DNA of 63,250 nucleotides, the filler included, from Octopus bimaculoides (taxonomy: Eukaryota): the NCBI RefSeq assembly GCF_001194135.2. It is 4 parts of 4 records of this genome, joined end to end, with 100 filler letters (N's around TTAATTAATTAA, not from the genome) between each part and the next. Parts side by side here need not be neighbours in the genome. Positions count along the whole stretch, not along the records: positions 1 to 16,466 come from NC_068985.1; 3 more parts are not named here. One strand, written 5' to 3'. This document shows, piece after piece, positions 1 to 13,064 of this stretch. Below the pieces are notes generated by a model, which saw nothing but the letters and a program-made list of their open reading frames with translations, was not told the DNA's origin and searched no databases. A program made the translations under genes and the position numbers. The first letter of the stretch is position 1; the number at the start of each line of letters is the position of its first letter.

Positions 1-59
<59 letters not shown>
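1..59. repeat. (GT)n microsatellite
   Basis: Pure GT dinucleotide run at the window start. Confidence 0.98.
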
Positions 60-60
<1 letters not shown>

Positions 61-189
61 TATGTGTATAGCCATAACTTGTAGAACTGGCATTGAACCA
101 GTTTGCACAGTTCCTTATAAACGAATGACCGGGAATTTAATAAAAGGGATTATGCAACACCTGTTCATCTATCCTTCATCTATTAATTA

Positions 190-1165
190 TCATTAAGATT
201 AGAACATGTCCCTGGTTCATTCGCAGATTTAAGATGTGGAGGTTGAGGAGGGGAAATTGCAGGAGCAGTAGCAATATACCTCCAACTAATACAACACAGC
301 CATTTAAATGAATAGGATTTTTCTAAAGATGTGTCGTGTAGTTGTCAGCAGAATTGTTTGGATTTCTATGAGACATGCTTCTGGGATGTTGTCTAGATAT
401 TTCTGACATCCTTTTTTTATCATACCTAGGTCACCTGCAATAACAGGAACAGTTTTTGCTTTAAGATGCCTCGTTTTCTGTATTTCAGTTTCCAGATTCT
501 TATATTTACTAAGGTGGTCAAATTCCTTTACAGATATATTTTTTTATCAATGAGAAAACTTACATCTATTAGTCTCCAAGTATTTTCGTCATTGTCTGTA
601 ATATTTATATCTGATCGATTATCCTGGATTGTTCTGTCGGTGCTAACTAGAAAATCGCAGAGGTTAGCGATATTTTACCTTCAACGGTTGTGTCAGGATG
701 ATATTCCTACCAGTAGACAGGAGTGCCGATTTTGCAGTGTTTACATATTTTCCAATGTAAATACAGTCCTACCCTATCGTGGCGATTTTCGCATTCATTT
801 GGTGTCAGCACAGGACAAGCTGAGATGCGATGGTCTACTGTTTCATCAAATGTATCACAGAATGTGCATTTAGGGTCAGTGCTATTTAGAAAATAGTTAT
901 TGTGCTGCCAATCTGAAACCTTCAGTCTCTGCTTTTAGTCCTGAACCTCTCATCGACTGATGGGTTGTTGTTTGGTCTACAACCGACTTTTGACTTCGAA
1001 GAATATACTGTTCGCGCAGGGGTTTCTGGTTCCTCCGCTCCTCAATTTGTTTCTATCCGTTCTTATTTGCAGTGTGCTTCATTCGTCGTCCTTCCTTGGT
1101 GGCAGTGGTATAATTGGAGATTCGTGGTCTAGACTGAGAAGTTGTGCTTCAGGAAGTTTGAAATG
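190..1165 (-). mobile_element. 3' part of a decayed R4/Dong-like non-LTR retrotransposon (CCHC knuckle + restriction-like endonuclease)
   Basis: Minus-strand translation with stops reads AETEGF...DPKCTFCDTFDETVDHRISACPVL...RHDRVGLYLHWKIC...TDRTIQDNRSDI...LIDVSF...KEFDHLSKYKNLETEIQK...VPVIAGDLG...RHIFRKIL*, the usual R4-clade C-terminus. Stop at about 304. Confidence 0.85.
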
Positions 1166-1169
1166 ACAG

Positions 1170-2400
1170 GAGGGATTTTGAAGACACATCGAAGAAAGAC
1201 ATGTTAGAAGAGGACAGAACACTGTGGATCATCTGATCGTAAAACACGTGGCAAATCATCCCCGGACTCAAACCACAGCGATCGATAAATGCTACAGCAA
1301 AGGTCTCTTCCGGGGAGAAAACTGCAAGTTATGAAACGGGTGCAGCAGGTAGTATTCGAAGGAAACCTAGGGCTTTATAGCCTGCTGCTAATGAGAAAGG
1401 AAAATATAAAGCGTTTGAAAACAAGGTATGTCAATCTCTTTATAAAATGACGGGCTCTACAATGGAGAAACTGGGAAAGTTATCAAGCTCAGTTTACGAT
1501 ACAGGAAAGGAATTATTTGGAATGAAAGTGAGTATCTGATTAGCGAAAGGAAAGTGTGGACCAAACAGAAGGATTAAGAAAATGAAACAGTTGAGGAAGC
1601 AAAAGACCAGCCTAAGAAAGCGATGGAAATGTGCTACAGAAGTCTGGCCTCGCGCTGCTGTACGACAATTTGAAAAGGAGATGCCGTTATGTGCAACAAC
1701 ATATCCACCGATATGAGCGTCGAAAGGAACGTAAAATTACTCGGGATCAGTTTCTGAAGGCACCCTCCGGGTTTACTAAGAAGCTGTTCACTGAACCGAA
1801 GATTGACATTTGATAATGCACGAAAGAAGAATTGGGCGTTTATCTCAAAGAAACCTACAACAATCTGCACCGTAACCAGCCACTGCCACCTCTACATGGG
1901 CTAAAGCATCTCTTAGAACCTGATATTAAATTCCAAATAGGGGACATCGGGGAAAGAGAGGTGGATGACTTCGTGAGAATAGCTAGAGAAAAGAGTCTCC
2001 CAGGAGGTGATGGCGTCTCTTATGAAGTTTACAAATATTGCAATTGTCTACGAAAGAAGCTATTTGTCCTACTCCGACAGCTGTGGCGCGAAGAGACTCT
2101 ACTAGAAGATTGATATAAGACAGAAGGAGGCTAATGCAGAGACTATAAAACAGTTTAGACCGATATCTTTAATGAATGCGGAAGGCAAGATCTTTATGGG
2201 CATTCTTTCGAGGAGAACAGTGACATATTTACAAAGTAATGGATATGCTGATGAATCTGTTCAAAAGGCCGGAATCCCCGAGATCCCTGGATGCGTTGAA
2301 CACTGTTTTTCGATTTGAAAAGCAATCCTGGATGCAAAACATAACAAGAGAATTCTGAACGTGGTATGGCTTGACCTAGCTAATGTATACCAGAGCCATA
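1170..2400 (+). mobile_element. Fragment of a HERO/NeSL-like REL LINE (pre-RT region and RT motifs 0-3), frameshifted
   Basis: ORFs 1631-1813 and 1832-2113 and downstream frames give KSLPGGDGVSYEVYK, FRPISLMNAEGKIFMG, QKAGIPEIPGCVEH and VVWLDLAN. The fragment is truncated just after WLDLAN. Confidence 0.8.
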
Positions 2401-2401
2401 C

Positions 2402-3330
2402 CACTGATTTCAATTCTCTTACGAGCTGCGAAAATAATTTCATTTAATTCATTGTGGTCTGGTTTTAGTTCTTGTATAATTTCTTTTCTTACATAGTTTA
2501 CAATTTTAATTTGTTTTCTGTTCTGGGTTGTGTTTGAGGGTTTATGAAGTGTTTCTCTATCATGCATATTGGCGTGTCTTACAACCGCAAGCTTATTCAG
2601 GATTTTCTGCTTCATTTCTATCGTAGATTTTCTATGCTTTTCATGAAGTCTTCAAATATTGTTCTTTAGCACTCTCCTCACTATCTTCATCAGGTTCATT
2701 ACAATTTATTGCTTCAGATGTTTGCGTGTTCTGGTCAGATGGCACTTTCAACTGAGATTCGTGGAGAGTTGATCTCTTCGTCTCGTTCTTCATTTCCTTT
2801 TTGTGTTATATTCAGGTCAGATTCCAGTTCGTTGTTGATGGCGGTTAATTCACTATCTGTGCGTCTTTTATTTCTAAAGATATCCCTCCTAACATTTACT
2901 AACTTGTCGTCCAAATATAGTCTGCTGTCTTATTTTCGTGTTCTTCATATTTGATAAGAGTGTTCAGTGTGTTTCTCTTCAGATGACCTGCCTAATGCAT
3001 AGCAATGTGCATATATTACTTCTGTATACTCATCTCGAGTCCATTTGATCCTCTTACATTTGTTCTTTCTGTGAAGATGGGCAGGCTCGAGTTGGAGTAG
3101 TTCCCTTTCAAGTGACCATCCTGGTTTGTCGACCTCAGGCTGGCTCTCTCCTGCGGGACGCGCTTCCAGATTTATCATAGAACAAGCGATTTGGAGTACC
3201 GTTATAATTTTTCTTTGTATTTTACACAGCCTTGCGTCACACACCTCAACAGAGGTTAAATGTGTGTACGACAACTTGCGATCAATGAGAGCGCTGACAT
3301 TGGCCTTGGAAAGAACCAATTCACCTTGGT
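2402..3330 (-). mobile_element. 5' part of an R4/Dong-like LINE ORF (N-terminal domain), decayed
   Basis: ORF 2945-3319 contains KRIKWTRDEYTEVIYAHCYALG, matching the R..WT.E...V..CY motif also seen in the Dong-like ORF at 42138. ORF 2376-2615 continues it. Confidence 0.7.
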
Positions 3331-3549
3331 CTGTTTTAATTACTGATAGAAAAATATGTATATATATATGTACATATATATTTACATCGTTTAATTCTTG
3401 AAATTACGCATTTTTAAAAATTTTTTGAATTTCTCTTCTCTTTTTATAGATTTTGTCATGGCTTACAGTTTTCGTAATTGTGCAGTTTGTATATATTGAC
3501 AGGTGGTTATCTCCTTCATTTTTATCGTGCGTTTCATAATGTTGTTGCA

Positions 3550-4000
3550 ATAAAAGGTATGTTTACATACCCGAGTATTCAGGGAGAAAACAAATGTAAA
3601 ATTTTCGCAGAAGATTGTAGATATTAAAGTTTTAAAATTTTCTAGAGATGATATTTTGTATGCCCGACCTGAGAAAACTGTAGTGTTCTTGGAATAAAAA
3701 GGTTATTTAGATTTTCGAACACTCAGGGAGAAAGTAGATGAAAAAGAAGGGTAAAATTTCCACAGAATATTGCAGATATTAAAGTTTTACAATTTTCTAA
3801 ATATGAGTGTTTGTATGTCCGAACACAGAAAATTGTAGTGTTCTTACAATAGAAAGGATGTTTAAATTTTCGAATACTCAGGAAAAAAGAAAAGGACAGA
3901 TATTTACAGAAGTTGTAGATATTAAAGTTTTAAAGTTTTTAAAGATGATCGTTTGTGTAGTCCTCCAAAGAAAACTGTAGATACGTAAGTTGTTTAACTT
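3550..4000. repeat. Degenerate tandem repeat of about 150 bp, about 3 copies
   Basis: TG(T/C)AGATATTAAAGTTTT recurs at 3616, 3771 and 3914. ACTCAGG(G/A)A and AAAA(C/T)TGTAG recur in the same register. Confidence 0.75.
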
Positions 4001-4196
4001 ATTTTGAGGGAAATTTAAAATACTCGCAGGAAATTGATGTTCCAGTTTTTGAGAACTTTTTTTTCAGTTGTTCTGCTCTTTTGTATTAGTGTTTCGATGT
4101 CTCCGTCTACTCACCGGATGGAGCAGCGAGGAACACTTCCAATGTCAAGGCTTATTATTATTGTTTTCTATTCGGCCCTGCTCGCCAATAAAGAAA

Positions 4197-4478
<282 letters not shown>

Positions 4479-4639
4479 TGTTGCATAGTTTTCACATACA
4501 ACAAAGCTCTTCGGTAAGTATATTGAGTCCGTACATCATATTGAATGCTTTCTCTGCGATATATGCGTTCTACCTTGAAGCACTAGTTTCCGTATGCCAT
4601 GTATACCTATCTATACACATTATATATATTTTCGTTTTT

Positions 4640-5040
4640 ATTTTCCATTTGTTTGTAACATTAATATCATTCTCAATGCAGCTGGAATTATAGCAATTTC
4701 TCCATCACCGAAACATTTTTTCTAAGTGTCTTTCATAATGCCATCATTTCCAGTGTATGAATGCTCTAAATCTGCCATGTATATTTTAGCATGCTGCTTC
4801 CTGTAAGAAACAATGTAATCGATATTTTCCTCTTCTCAACCTGCACATATACTGCAATATGATAAATCTTTCAACTTTAGTTTATGCTATGCTAGTTTCT
4901 GATCCCAACATTTGAGGTATTTTTTTTGGCTTTCTAAAGCTTATTCCGAGATTTGTCATCATCCCTTTTTCTGTTAATTCATCCCAGTTATTGACCATGC
5001 TTCACTTGTTAAACACTTATTGTGTCATTCTATAGTCCTA
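4640..5040 (-). mobile_element. Highly decayed REL LINE C-terminal fragment
   Basis: Minus frames give remnants such as EEENIDYIVS, FIHWK and HLEK..GDGEIAII, resembling the knuckle/REL region of R4-like elements. Confidence 0.45.
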
Positions 5041-7052
5041 TTTAATTTTAGTTTTTATTTCATCAATTCTTTTTGTTATGTCCCTTTGTCTGAAAAAAAT
5101 AAGAGTCTGTTTTATAATTATTCAATTTGGCGAAAACTACTAAATGTGTAACTAACAGTATTAGATTCACTATATTTTTAATACATATTATTCTTGCAGT
5201 GACTATTACATTATATATTGTTATGCATAAATACTTGCGAATTGATGGACTAGAAACAAAAGCAACAGTGAAAATGGGAAAAAATATCAAACTAACGAAG
5301 GAATTACTTAACAGTTCGCTGAGCTCAACGAAGACATATTCACTAATAGTTTAGCTGATCGAATAATAAGTTATAGATATAATATTCTCAACTGAATGCT
5401 AAGTGAATTAGCAAGGCCAGACAGAAATAAGAAAAAAAAAACTATGTCTGAATTTAAAATGTAGAATACATAAAACGTTTGCACACCTCAATATAACAAG
5501 ACCAATAGAAGTAGAAAGAATGTCGGTGTTCTAGTATGATATCTAGTGACTGATGGGTATGATGTAGTAGCCGTAAATAGTGTTAGGAAATGTGTCTTAG
5601 TGTAATGGTAGTTGTAAAGATGTGGCAATGTCTTTCGAAGTGTTGTAGTTGTGAAATTGTACTGAATAAATGGTTTGTGGGTTATTATGAAGTTCTAATT
5701 AGAACTGAAGTACTGTGATATTTGCTTATCAATGGAGCGTTAAATCGGATTTGTATCTTGTAAAGAAAGGGCCTGTTATTTCATCATGTTGCTCAATATT
5801 ACTGCAAATATCTTTTCTTTCAGCTTGTAAAGCATTTAAACCTGAATTAGAAATTTAACGGTTCAAGGTGTCTTCCAGTTCTTCATTATTTTTCAGATAC
5901 CTTATGTATTGTTTGAATATTTTCATCCTTTACAAATATTCTCCTGTCTAATATTCTAACCATTAATTCTTACAGTGCTGTTATTATTGGCATTATGCAC
6001 CTAGGGTATTCCTATTTCTTGATAAAATTATAGGGTTGAGTCAATACATTTCTTCTATGTCATCAACCGTTGCCGCTTACCATTATAATTACTGCCAGAG
6101 GGACAAGGCCACATATTTTAAGGAAGCTTTTAGCTAATTACATCGAAACTAGTGAATCACTTTATTGGTCAAAAGTCAAATTTTATTGGATGAAATCGGA
6201 AATTCGCCTAGGTAAAAATTGAACTCATAATAAACGAATACGATAAGGCTATTTTGACTGAAGAGGCTCGATCTATTCGTCGACGCCAACATTTCCCTTC
6301 TCGCTTCTTGATATTTTAGTTTATATTTTACCGTTATCACGAGACATGCATTATTTTTTTACATCACCCAACCACTATCAAAATATTCCAGTATGAACCA
6401 TCAAATACAAACAACACTATTAAATAAATGAGCCACAAAAATATCATCACCAACAACACCACCAACAAATATATCCGATCTGAAATTTTCACCAGAAAGT
6501 TTATGTGAAGGTCAGCAAACCGAATTAAACAAATGACATCAACTGTATATATAAGAAAGGATAAACATTAACAAAAGTACTGTCCCCATTGAGAGTGACA
6601 ATAACATCATCTGCAACAACAACATTAATAAGAGTAGACATTGTGGGCTGCAAGAATCAATGTGGTCGATTGCTTCATCTTGAGAAACTCCATAATGTCT
6701 GAAGTTAGAAAATGGTTTCTGATTCAAGAACAAAGGAAATTATAAAAACATCAACAGAAACAGCAAAGATTATAACTCTTTTGCCAAAGCCCCTGGCACC
6801 TGGGTTGCGCGTCCATTTTAGTTTTAAAATGGACTTAGACGAGCGAGATATCCTGAGATGATATTTCACCTGGATACAAGATTTTCTGCAGATATACAAC
6901 GAAAATGACGATAACGATGCAAAGTGTTTCCCCAAAACAGATAAAATGATAGCATATAATTATCCGGAATGAATTTGGGTAAGTTACAAAATTTGACCAA
7001 TGTAGATCATTGTATGTTATTTTGTGAAGGAGGAAATATGGAGACAATGAAC

Positions 7053-7227
7053 ATCAACAATTATTATTTACATTATTTACATTTGGCAGATATTTGTCCT
7101 CGTCTGTTTCTATTTTTTTTTTTTGTTAACACAACGTTTCGGCTGATGTACTCTCCAGCCTTCACCAGGTGTCCGGGGGGGAATTTCGAACGTGGGTTCT
7201 CATTCCTAAGGTATTTTTCGATATTGC
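7053..7227 (-). mobile_element. Short Penelope-derived repeat carrying a hammerhead motif (family 1), abutting (AAT)n
   Basis: Near-identical to 28700-28870 and partly to 20507-20550. Contains the hammerhead motif at 7128-7173. Confidence 0.7.
7128..7173 (-). ncRNA. Minimal type-I hammerhead ribozyme motif, core variant CUGGUGA
   Basis: Minus strand reads GACAC-CTGGTGA-aGGCTG gagagtacat CAGCC-GAAA-CG-TT-GTGTT: stem I GACAC/GTGTT, stem II GGCTG/CAGCC, palindromic helix III AACGTT. Confidence 0.7.
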
Positions 7228-7253
7228 TATTATTATTATTATTATTATTATTA

Positions 7254-7294
<41 letters not shown>

Positions 7295-7507
7295 GTTCAG
7301 TAGTTTTATTTTATAACGTGCTTTCACTTCACTACCGAGCGCAGCTCTGTGTGCCTTGGGTATGTGCTGTGGTTTGCTGTGATGCTCTTATGGTTACTGT
7401 ATTGAAAGTGTTTTGCGTAGGATGTGTGCAGTGCTCAGTAGTGCAATTTTCTGTATGTTATATATATTTGTATGTCCTGGTGTTTTTGTTATGTAGTTGT
7501 CTGAATA
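7295..7507 (-). mobile_element. 5'-truncated Dong/R4-like LINE 3' end within a (TTA)n array
   Basis: Minus strand encodes PGHTNIYNIQKIALLSTAHILRKTLSIQ* plus a 3'UTR. It is the reverse complement of 41510-41725 and is flanked on both sides by (TTA)n (7228-7294 and 7508-7595). Confidence 0.9.
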
Positions 7508-7578
<71 letters not shown>

Positions 7579-7954
7579 GTATTGTTATTATTATTAATGT
7601 AAATAATGTACATAATTCCTCATCTTTTAAATATGGAACAATAATAGCAACAAAAAACAAAACTGACGTCTTTGTTGCCACTGGCAGACAAATGAATTCG
7701 TTGTATGGATTCAAAGAGAATCTACCTGTAACATAACTCAAACCCAAGATAATTACAGGTAAAAAAATTAAAGTCCACTATAGAACATGACGTACGTATA
7801 TATGAAGTTAAATATATTCCATGAAAGAAGAGAAACATAAGCTTAAACCCCGAAAGCAGTAAACAGGAATACGGTTGTGCAGTATTTACATGTAGTAGAT
7901 ATGAGGAAAAGTTAATATATTAGCAGAATTATTTGATATTCTGATGATTTATAT

Positions 7955-8172
7955 ATTGTTTTCGAATTTTGGCGCTAGGCTAGCAATTTTGGAGGAGGGA
8001 ATAAGTCTATTACATTGGCCCCTGTGCGCTCAACCGGTACTTATTCCACCAACTCTGAAAGGATGCAAGGCAATGCGACCTCGGCGGAAATTGAACTCAG
8101 AACGTAAAGATGGACGAAATGTAGCTATACATTTCGTCCGGCCTGGTAACGATTCTGCCAGCTCCTCACCGC
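7955..8172 (-). mobile_element. tRNA-head SINE family D (GGCGGCGAGCTGGCAGAATCGTTA...), diverged
   Basis: Matches the reverse complement of 54207-54420. Confidence 0.75.
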
Positions 8173-10464
8173 CTATGATGATTTATATATGGCGATGACG
8201 TTTATATTGGGAATGTATATCTTGAGAAAATTTCTAAGCCGTGGTTTCTTCTTCAAATAATTGTCTGCAATTGTTGAAATGACTACCAAGAGACTTATGG
8301 TGAGGGTTGTTTTCATTTTCACTTTCATTGAATGTCACTCTTCATAGATCTTTATATTTGAAATATATTTGAAGTTATGTGTTCCAAAGGTACTCGGTCG
8401 TTTTTTCAAATGACACTCCATTAATTGAAGTATAACGTATAACGTCATTTTCATCAGGATATTTAGTCCTAAACCTCTCGTGCCCATCGCTGCCTCTCAT
8501 CTAGAAAGAATCGGTCCGAGACTATTTGCAATCATAAATATGTGTTATGCATAAGTTCACAAACGGTAAAGAGTGAAAAACTTTCGTAAATATGGTGGCA
8601 AACTTTCACCATAGATATCATCTATAGGAAATAATCTAATATTGGGGCATATAAGTCCACAACAGAAAAATGGGTATTAGGACACGGGTTGAACACAGTG
8701 ACTTCTGTCCTGGCTTTATATATTCCCTAAAATTAAACTATTTTCTATAGTCAGTATATACGGTATAAATTATAATTATACTTGTATGTATTATACTATT
8801 TCAACAAAATCTGTGAATAGCTTTACAATCATTTACTTAGAAATACACATAAAGAAATGAATGTTACGAAGAATAGGAACACTAGAAAGCCTTTGCAAAC
8901 GTTCAATTATTATACAGAAGACAGCAAAGAGGAGTATTAGCAATGATTTATTTCTCAGGGAACGGGAAATCAAGAGTGAGATACACTTTCATTTATCGTC
9001 GATATAACTGTGTTGATATGTCAAGTGAAGTGGAAGCATTGAAGATTATATAAGGATTTATGAAAACATTGAAGCTGACACAAAGAACATTCATTCTCCT
9101 TATATATTTACTTTATGTAATGTAACTGTTTGCTTTATGCCTGAATAAATATAGTTTACGCATGCAGTTAATACAAGTGCAACTAGCTTAATAATTAAAA
9201 CCTCAATTATCAACTCACTAAATATTCTCAACGAGCTTTTGGCTATTAGGATTTGTAGTCATTAGTGGTTTGCCTCATCAGCGGTAAACACGTCATATTT
9301 TGTAAATTGTTTGAAGATAGCAACTTTAGGAAGCATTGTTGAAAATTAATTCCATCTGTTCCGATACAAGTGCATATATTTATACGGAAGCTGTGCTGAA
9401 TAACACAGTATATCAACAAAAGCACGTCTTTATTTCGTACTGTCTTCCGTTAAAAGTGTGTGATGTGACGCTGGGAATTTTCTGAAACGACATATGCATT
9501 AATTAGTTGCTAATGTTCCCTTTTTTTATATGCATGTTTCCAATTCTATAAGGTTATTTTCTTTTATATATTTTCGTTGTATACTCTGGGATTAAATTCG
9601 AGAATGATAAACACGTCATTCAATATACAAAATATTATTTAAAATCCGGTTTTGCATTTTTCTGTGAAGGTGTCAACATTTATAAACATTATTATTATTT
9701 TAAACCTCATTCGACAATATCTGAGTGAACGTCTGTTGAACATTGGAGATATCAAAGAATTTGATATATTTTTCATTTAACGGTGTGAGAAAACTTATGC
9801 AGTACCTACATTTCAATTCATATCATTGGCTTATATCTGCAGAATTACCCCATATTAAAGAATTTAATACATTAAAGAATGTAATACGGAAATATAACTC
9901 ATTCATGTAACATATCTCCCAGTTGACAATTGACAATCAGCTAAAATAAACTTCATTCTTGTTTCTGCAGACATATGACCAACTGCCTTCTTTTCATTCA
10001 TCCTATAACTTTTCATAGTTCTGCGCAGCAACATTTTCCAATGCAATAATCAGATTACGCAGTTAAGGTTTGATTTCAGGTATGTTTTACGTTGTAGCAA
10101 ATATATTAAATACAGTTTCTCGTAAAATGAACTCAAAACTCGTTTGAATACATAAACATGCATGTTGAAAACATATCACATTAAACTAGAAAGAGAAACA
10201 AAGTGTTTTTGAGTTATAGTGAGTTTTGAATGTCGTGTGTCTTAAAGATTTAATTTTATCGATTTGTCATTTTCCTTTCGATGACACTGTGACATTTTAT
10301 GAGAATTCTGTATCTTGAAACACATTTGTGAAACGATTGCAAACTCAATTAAATTCCTCAAAATGACTAGTCATGCAATAAAGATTTGTAATGTGCATTT
10401 TATGCACTTTCTGCTAAACGAAAAAGTACAATTCATGTACACACAAACACGCACGCGCACTCTC

Positions 10465-10553
10465 ACACCCATATATATATACACACACATATATGCATAC
10501 ATATATGCATACAGACACATATATATGAGTGCATATATATGTGTGTATATATA

Positions 10554-10595
<42 letters not shown>

Positions 10596-10601
10596 TGCAT
10601 A

Positions 10602-10670
<69 letters not shown>
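10465..10670. repeat. Compound (TA)n/(CA)n microsatellite
   Basis: Seen directly in the sequence. Confidence 0.95.
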
Positions 10671-10671
<1 letters not shown>

Positions 10672-11035
10672 GTGAGTCATTATGCAAAAAAATATATATA
10701 AAATAAAACAAGGAAAATGCACACACCTTTCATAGTTTTAATACATTTTTCGCTAAAAATGACGTTGAAATTATTGTAATTTCGTATTTTCTCAGGAAGA
10801 TTTTAGTCCATCATGTGTGTGGAGAAGTTTATGAATGAATGATTCGACAAGTAGAAAAATCTAAGGGGAGGTAGTTTGCGATCGTTATTATTGGGGACAG
10901 GGGAGGTAATTGTTCATGTCTTTGGGAGGGGATAAATAAATATACAAAAACACAAAAGCTAAAGTAGCGTGAGGATATATGTAGAGTGGTTGGTTTGTGA
11001 TTATGAAGTAAAATATATACTGAGATCAAAATTGG

Positions 11036-12960
11036 TTATGCGTTCATATTTAGACGTGTCTTGTATTTTTCGATGAACAAATTTTCTTTGTTTAAACGTT
11101 CTTGCATAGAAATGGATTCTTTGCACTGGCAGATGGGGAAAACTGTAAAGTTAGGTTGGGTATTACTTGCATATCTCTCTGTGTGATCACTGAAATGAAT
11201 CTGTCTGTATTTGGAGAACCGTATCTGTTCCTTTTGTAGTGTGGTTCTCTGTCTCAGTGTCATACTTGTCTGTCCTATATACTTATATCTGCAACCTGAG
11301 CAAATTATAATATAAATTATATTCTCTGAGGCACAAGTGAAGTTGGTCTTAATTTTGAACCGCTGTCCTTATTTGAATAAAAGAATTCGAGCCTCCCAGT
11401 AGGTTGGAGCATGTTCAACAATTGGGTGTCCACATTTTTTAACCGTTGGTTTCGTGGTTGTTGTGTAAACCTTCGCATTTGTGAGAAGTCTTTTTAGCGA
11501 TTTGTGTCGCTTTTTACATTTGATAAATTTATGTTTTCAGAATGTTGACACTTTTGGATCTCTAGTGAGCATAGATATATTTTGTCAACAGTGTTGTATG
11601 TCTCATTGTTTCTAGTGTTTTGAGTTGATATATAGAGTAGTGTTTTGATGTCTAATTTCTTAGCACGGTTAATTCCATTGTCTATAAGTGTTGGTGGATA
11701 TTGTCTTTCAGTTAGTGTTGTTCTGAGGTCTTAAGACGAGAGCCCAAGTATTTCCAACACGTACTGTTTTGCAATTCCTATTTGCTAAATTAAAGGGGAT
11801 ATTGCTGTTGATGTTTTTCGGTTGGCATGAATGAGCTGAACAGGAGATATTGCTCCGTGTCAGAATTTGTTTTTTTTTGGTTTTGGTTTATCATAATATT
11901 CAAGAAACTTATATTCCATTGTAAGTTGCGTGTTAGTGTTTATATCATTTAGCATTGATTTGAATTCCAAAAGTTTATCAATGGTCTCCTTCCAAATGAT
12001 AAATCAGTCATCCAAGTATCTTTCCCCTCTTCTTACGAATTTAATAATGAGTTAATTTGAATTCACCATATATGAAGTGTCACTGCAAAAACATGCATAT
12101 CTATTTCACCATTATATAAGAATATAATGGTGAAATGGATATCCATATTTTTGCAGCGACACTTGAGGTATGGTAAATGCAGAATAACCCATCATTAAGT
12201 TCGTAAGAGCAGGGGCTGCTTTCGTTTCCATGGCATTCCACATTTTTGACGATACTAGGTGTCATCAAATAGGGAATAATTGTTCTGCAAAATAAATTTT
12301 AAGGATTCAATAATAAAGATCTGGTCTATGAGTTCCGGAAATACGTTGGAGTACTTTTCCAACCAGAATTTCATTGCTTCTATTCCATAGTCATATGGGA
12401 TTAATAACAGCGAAGGAAACCAATAATGCCGCTTCATCAGTTGTTTTTCGTAGCGGCTCTGGCATGTCTAGATCGTCTCTAATGAAACTGTTGATGTATT
12501 TCAGCAATGATTTCAGTAGGATGTCTAGAAAAATGCTTAGGCGTTGGGTTTTACATGCGGGGCTAGCTATAATGGGTCTTAAATTGAAGTTTTCTACGTA
12601 GGGAATGTTTGCGCATTTCATTAACAATCGTGCAGGCTTCATTAACTATCTTATATATTTTAGGTAGTCTGTAAAAAAGACTAGATTTACATTTAAAGTT
12701 CCTGATATAATCTGTTTCTTTTTCTGCCAGGCCTTTTCCATGTAGAAATATTAAGTATGCAAGAGTTTTCGTTGTTTTCCTTTCGTTGTTTATATTTTAC
12801 AACTATTTCGTAGCAGGTATCGTTTTCTTGCATGGATGAGAATAGATTTTTGTAGTAATTTGTGTCCATCAGGACTACAGCACTTCCTTTGTCTGCTTCT
12901 TTTATTGTCTGTTCTTTGTCATTGTGCAGTTCAATTAGAATTTTCCGTTCTAGATTGTTG
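11036..12960 (-). mobile_element. Decayed Penelope-like element (RT + GIY-YIG endonuclease)
   Basis: Minus frames read ELHNDKEQTIKEADKGSAVVLMD, NLRPIIASPACKTQRLSIFLDILLK, LLVSFAVIN..IPYDYGIEAMKFWL..ESLKFILQNNYSLFDD, then FTCASE..YIIICSGC..KYIGQTSMTLRQRT...ERLNKENLFIEKYKTRLN*. Confidence 0.9.
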
Positions 12961-13002
12961 AGGTTTGAATTAATTTTTCGCTGTTAAAATTGATTTTTTG
13001 AC

Positions 13003-13064
<62 letters not shown>

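Noticed and set aside
4489-4513. Plus-strand 25-nt exon-like segment (TGCATAG|...|GTAAGT); similar 17-nt case near 8959
   Set aside because: No partner plus-strand exons were found, and the acceptor tract is just the TTA microsatellite.
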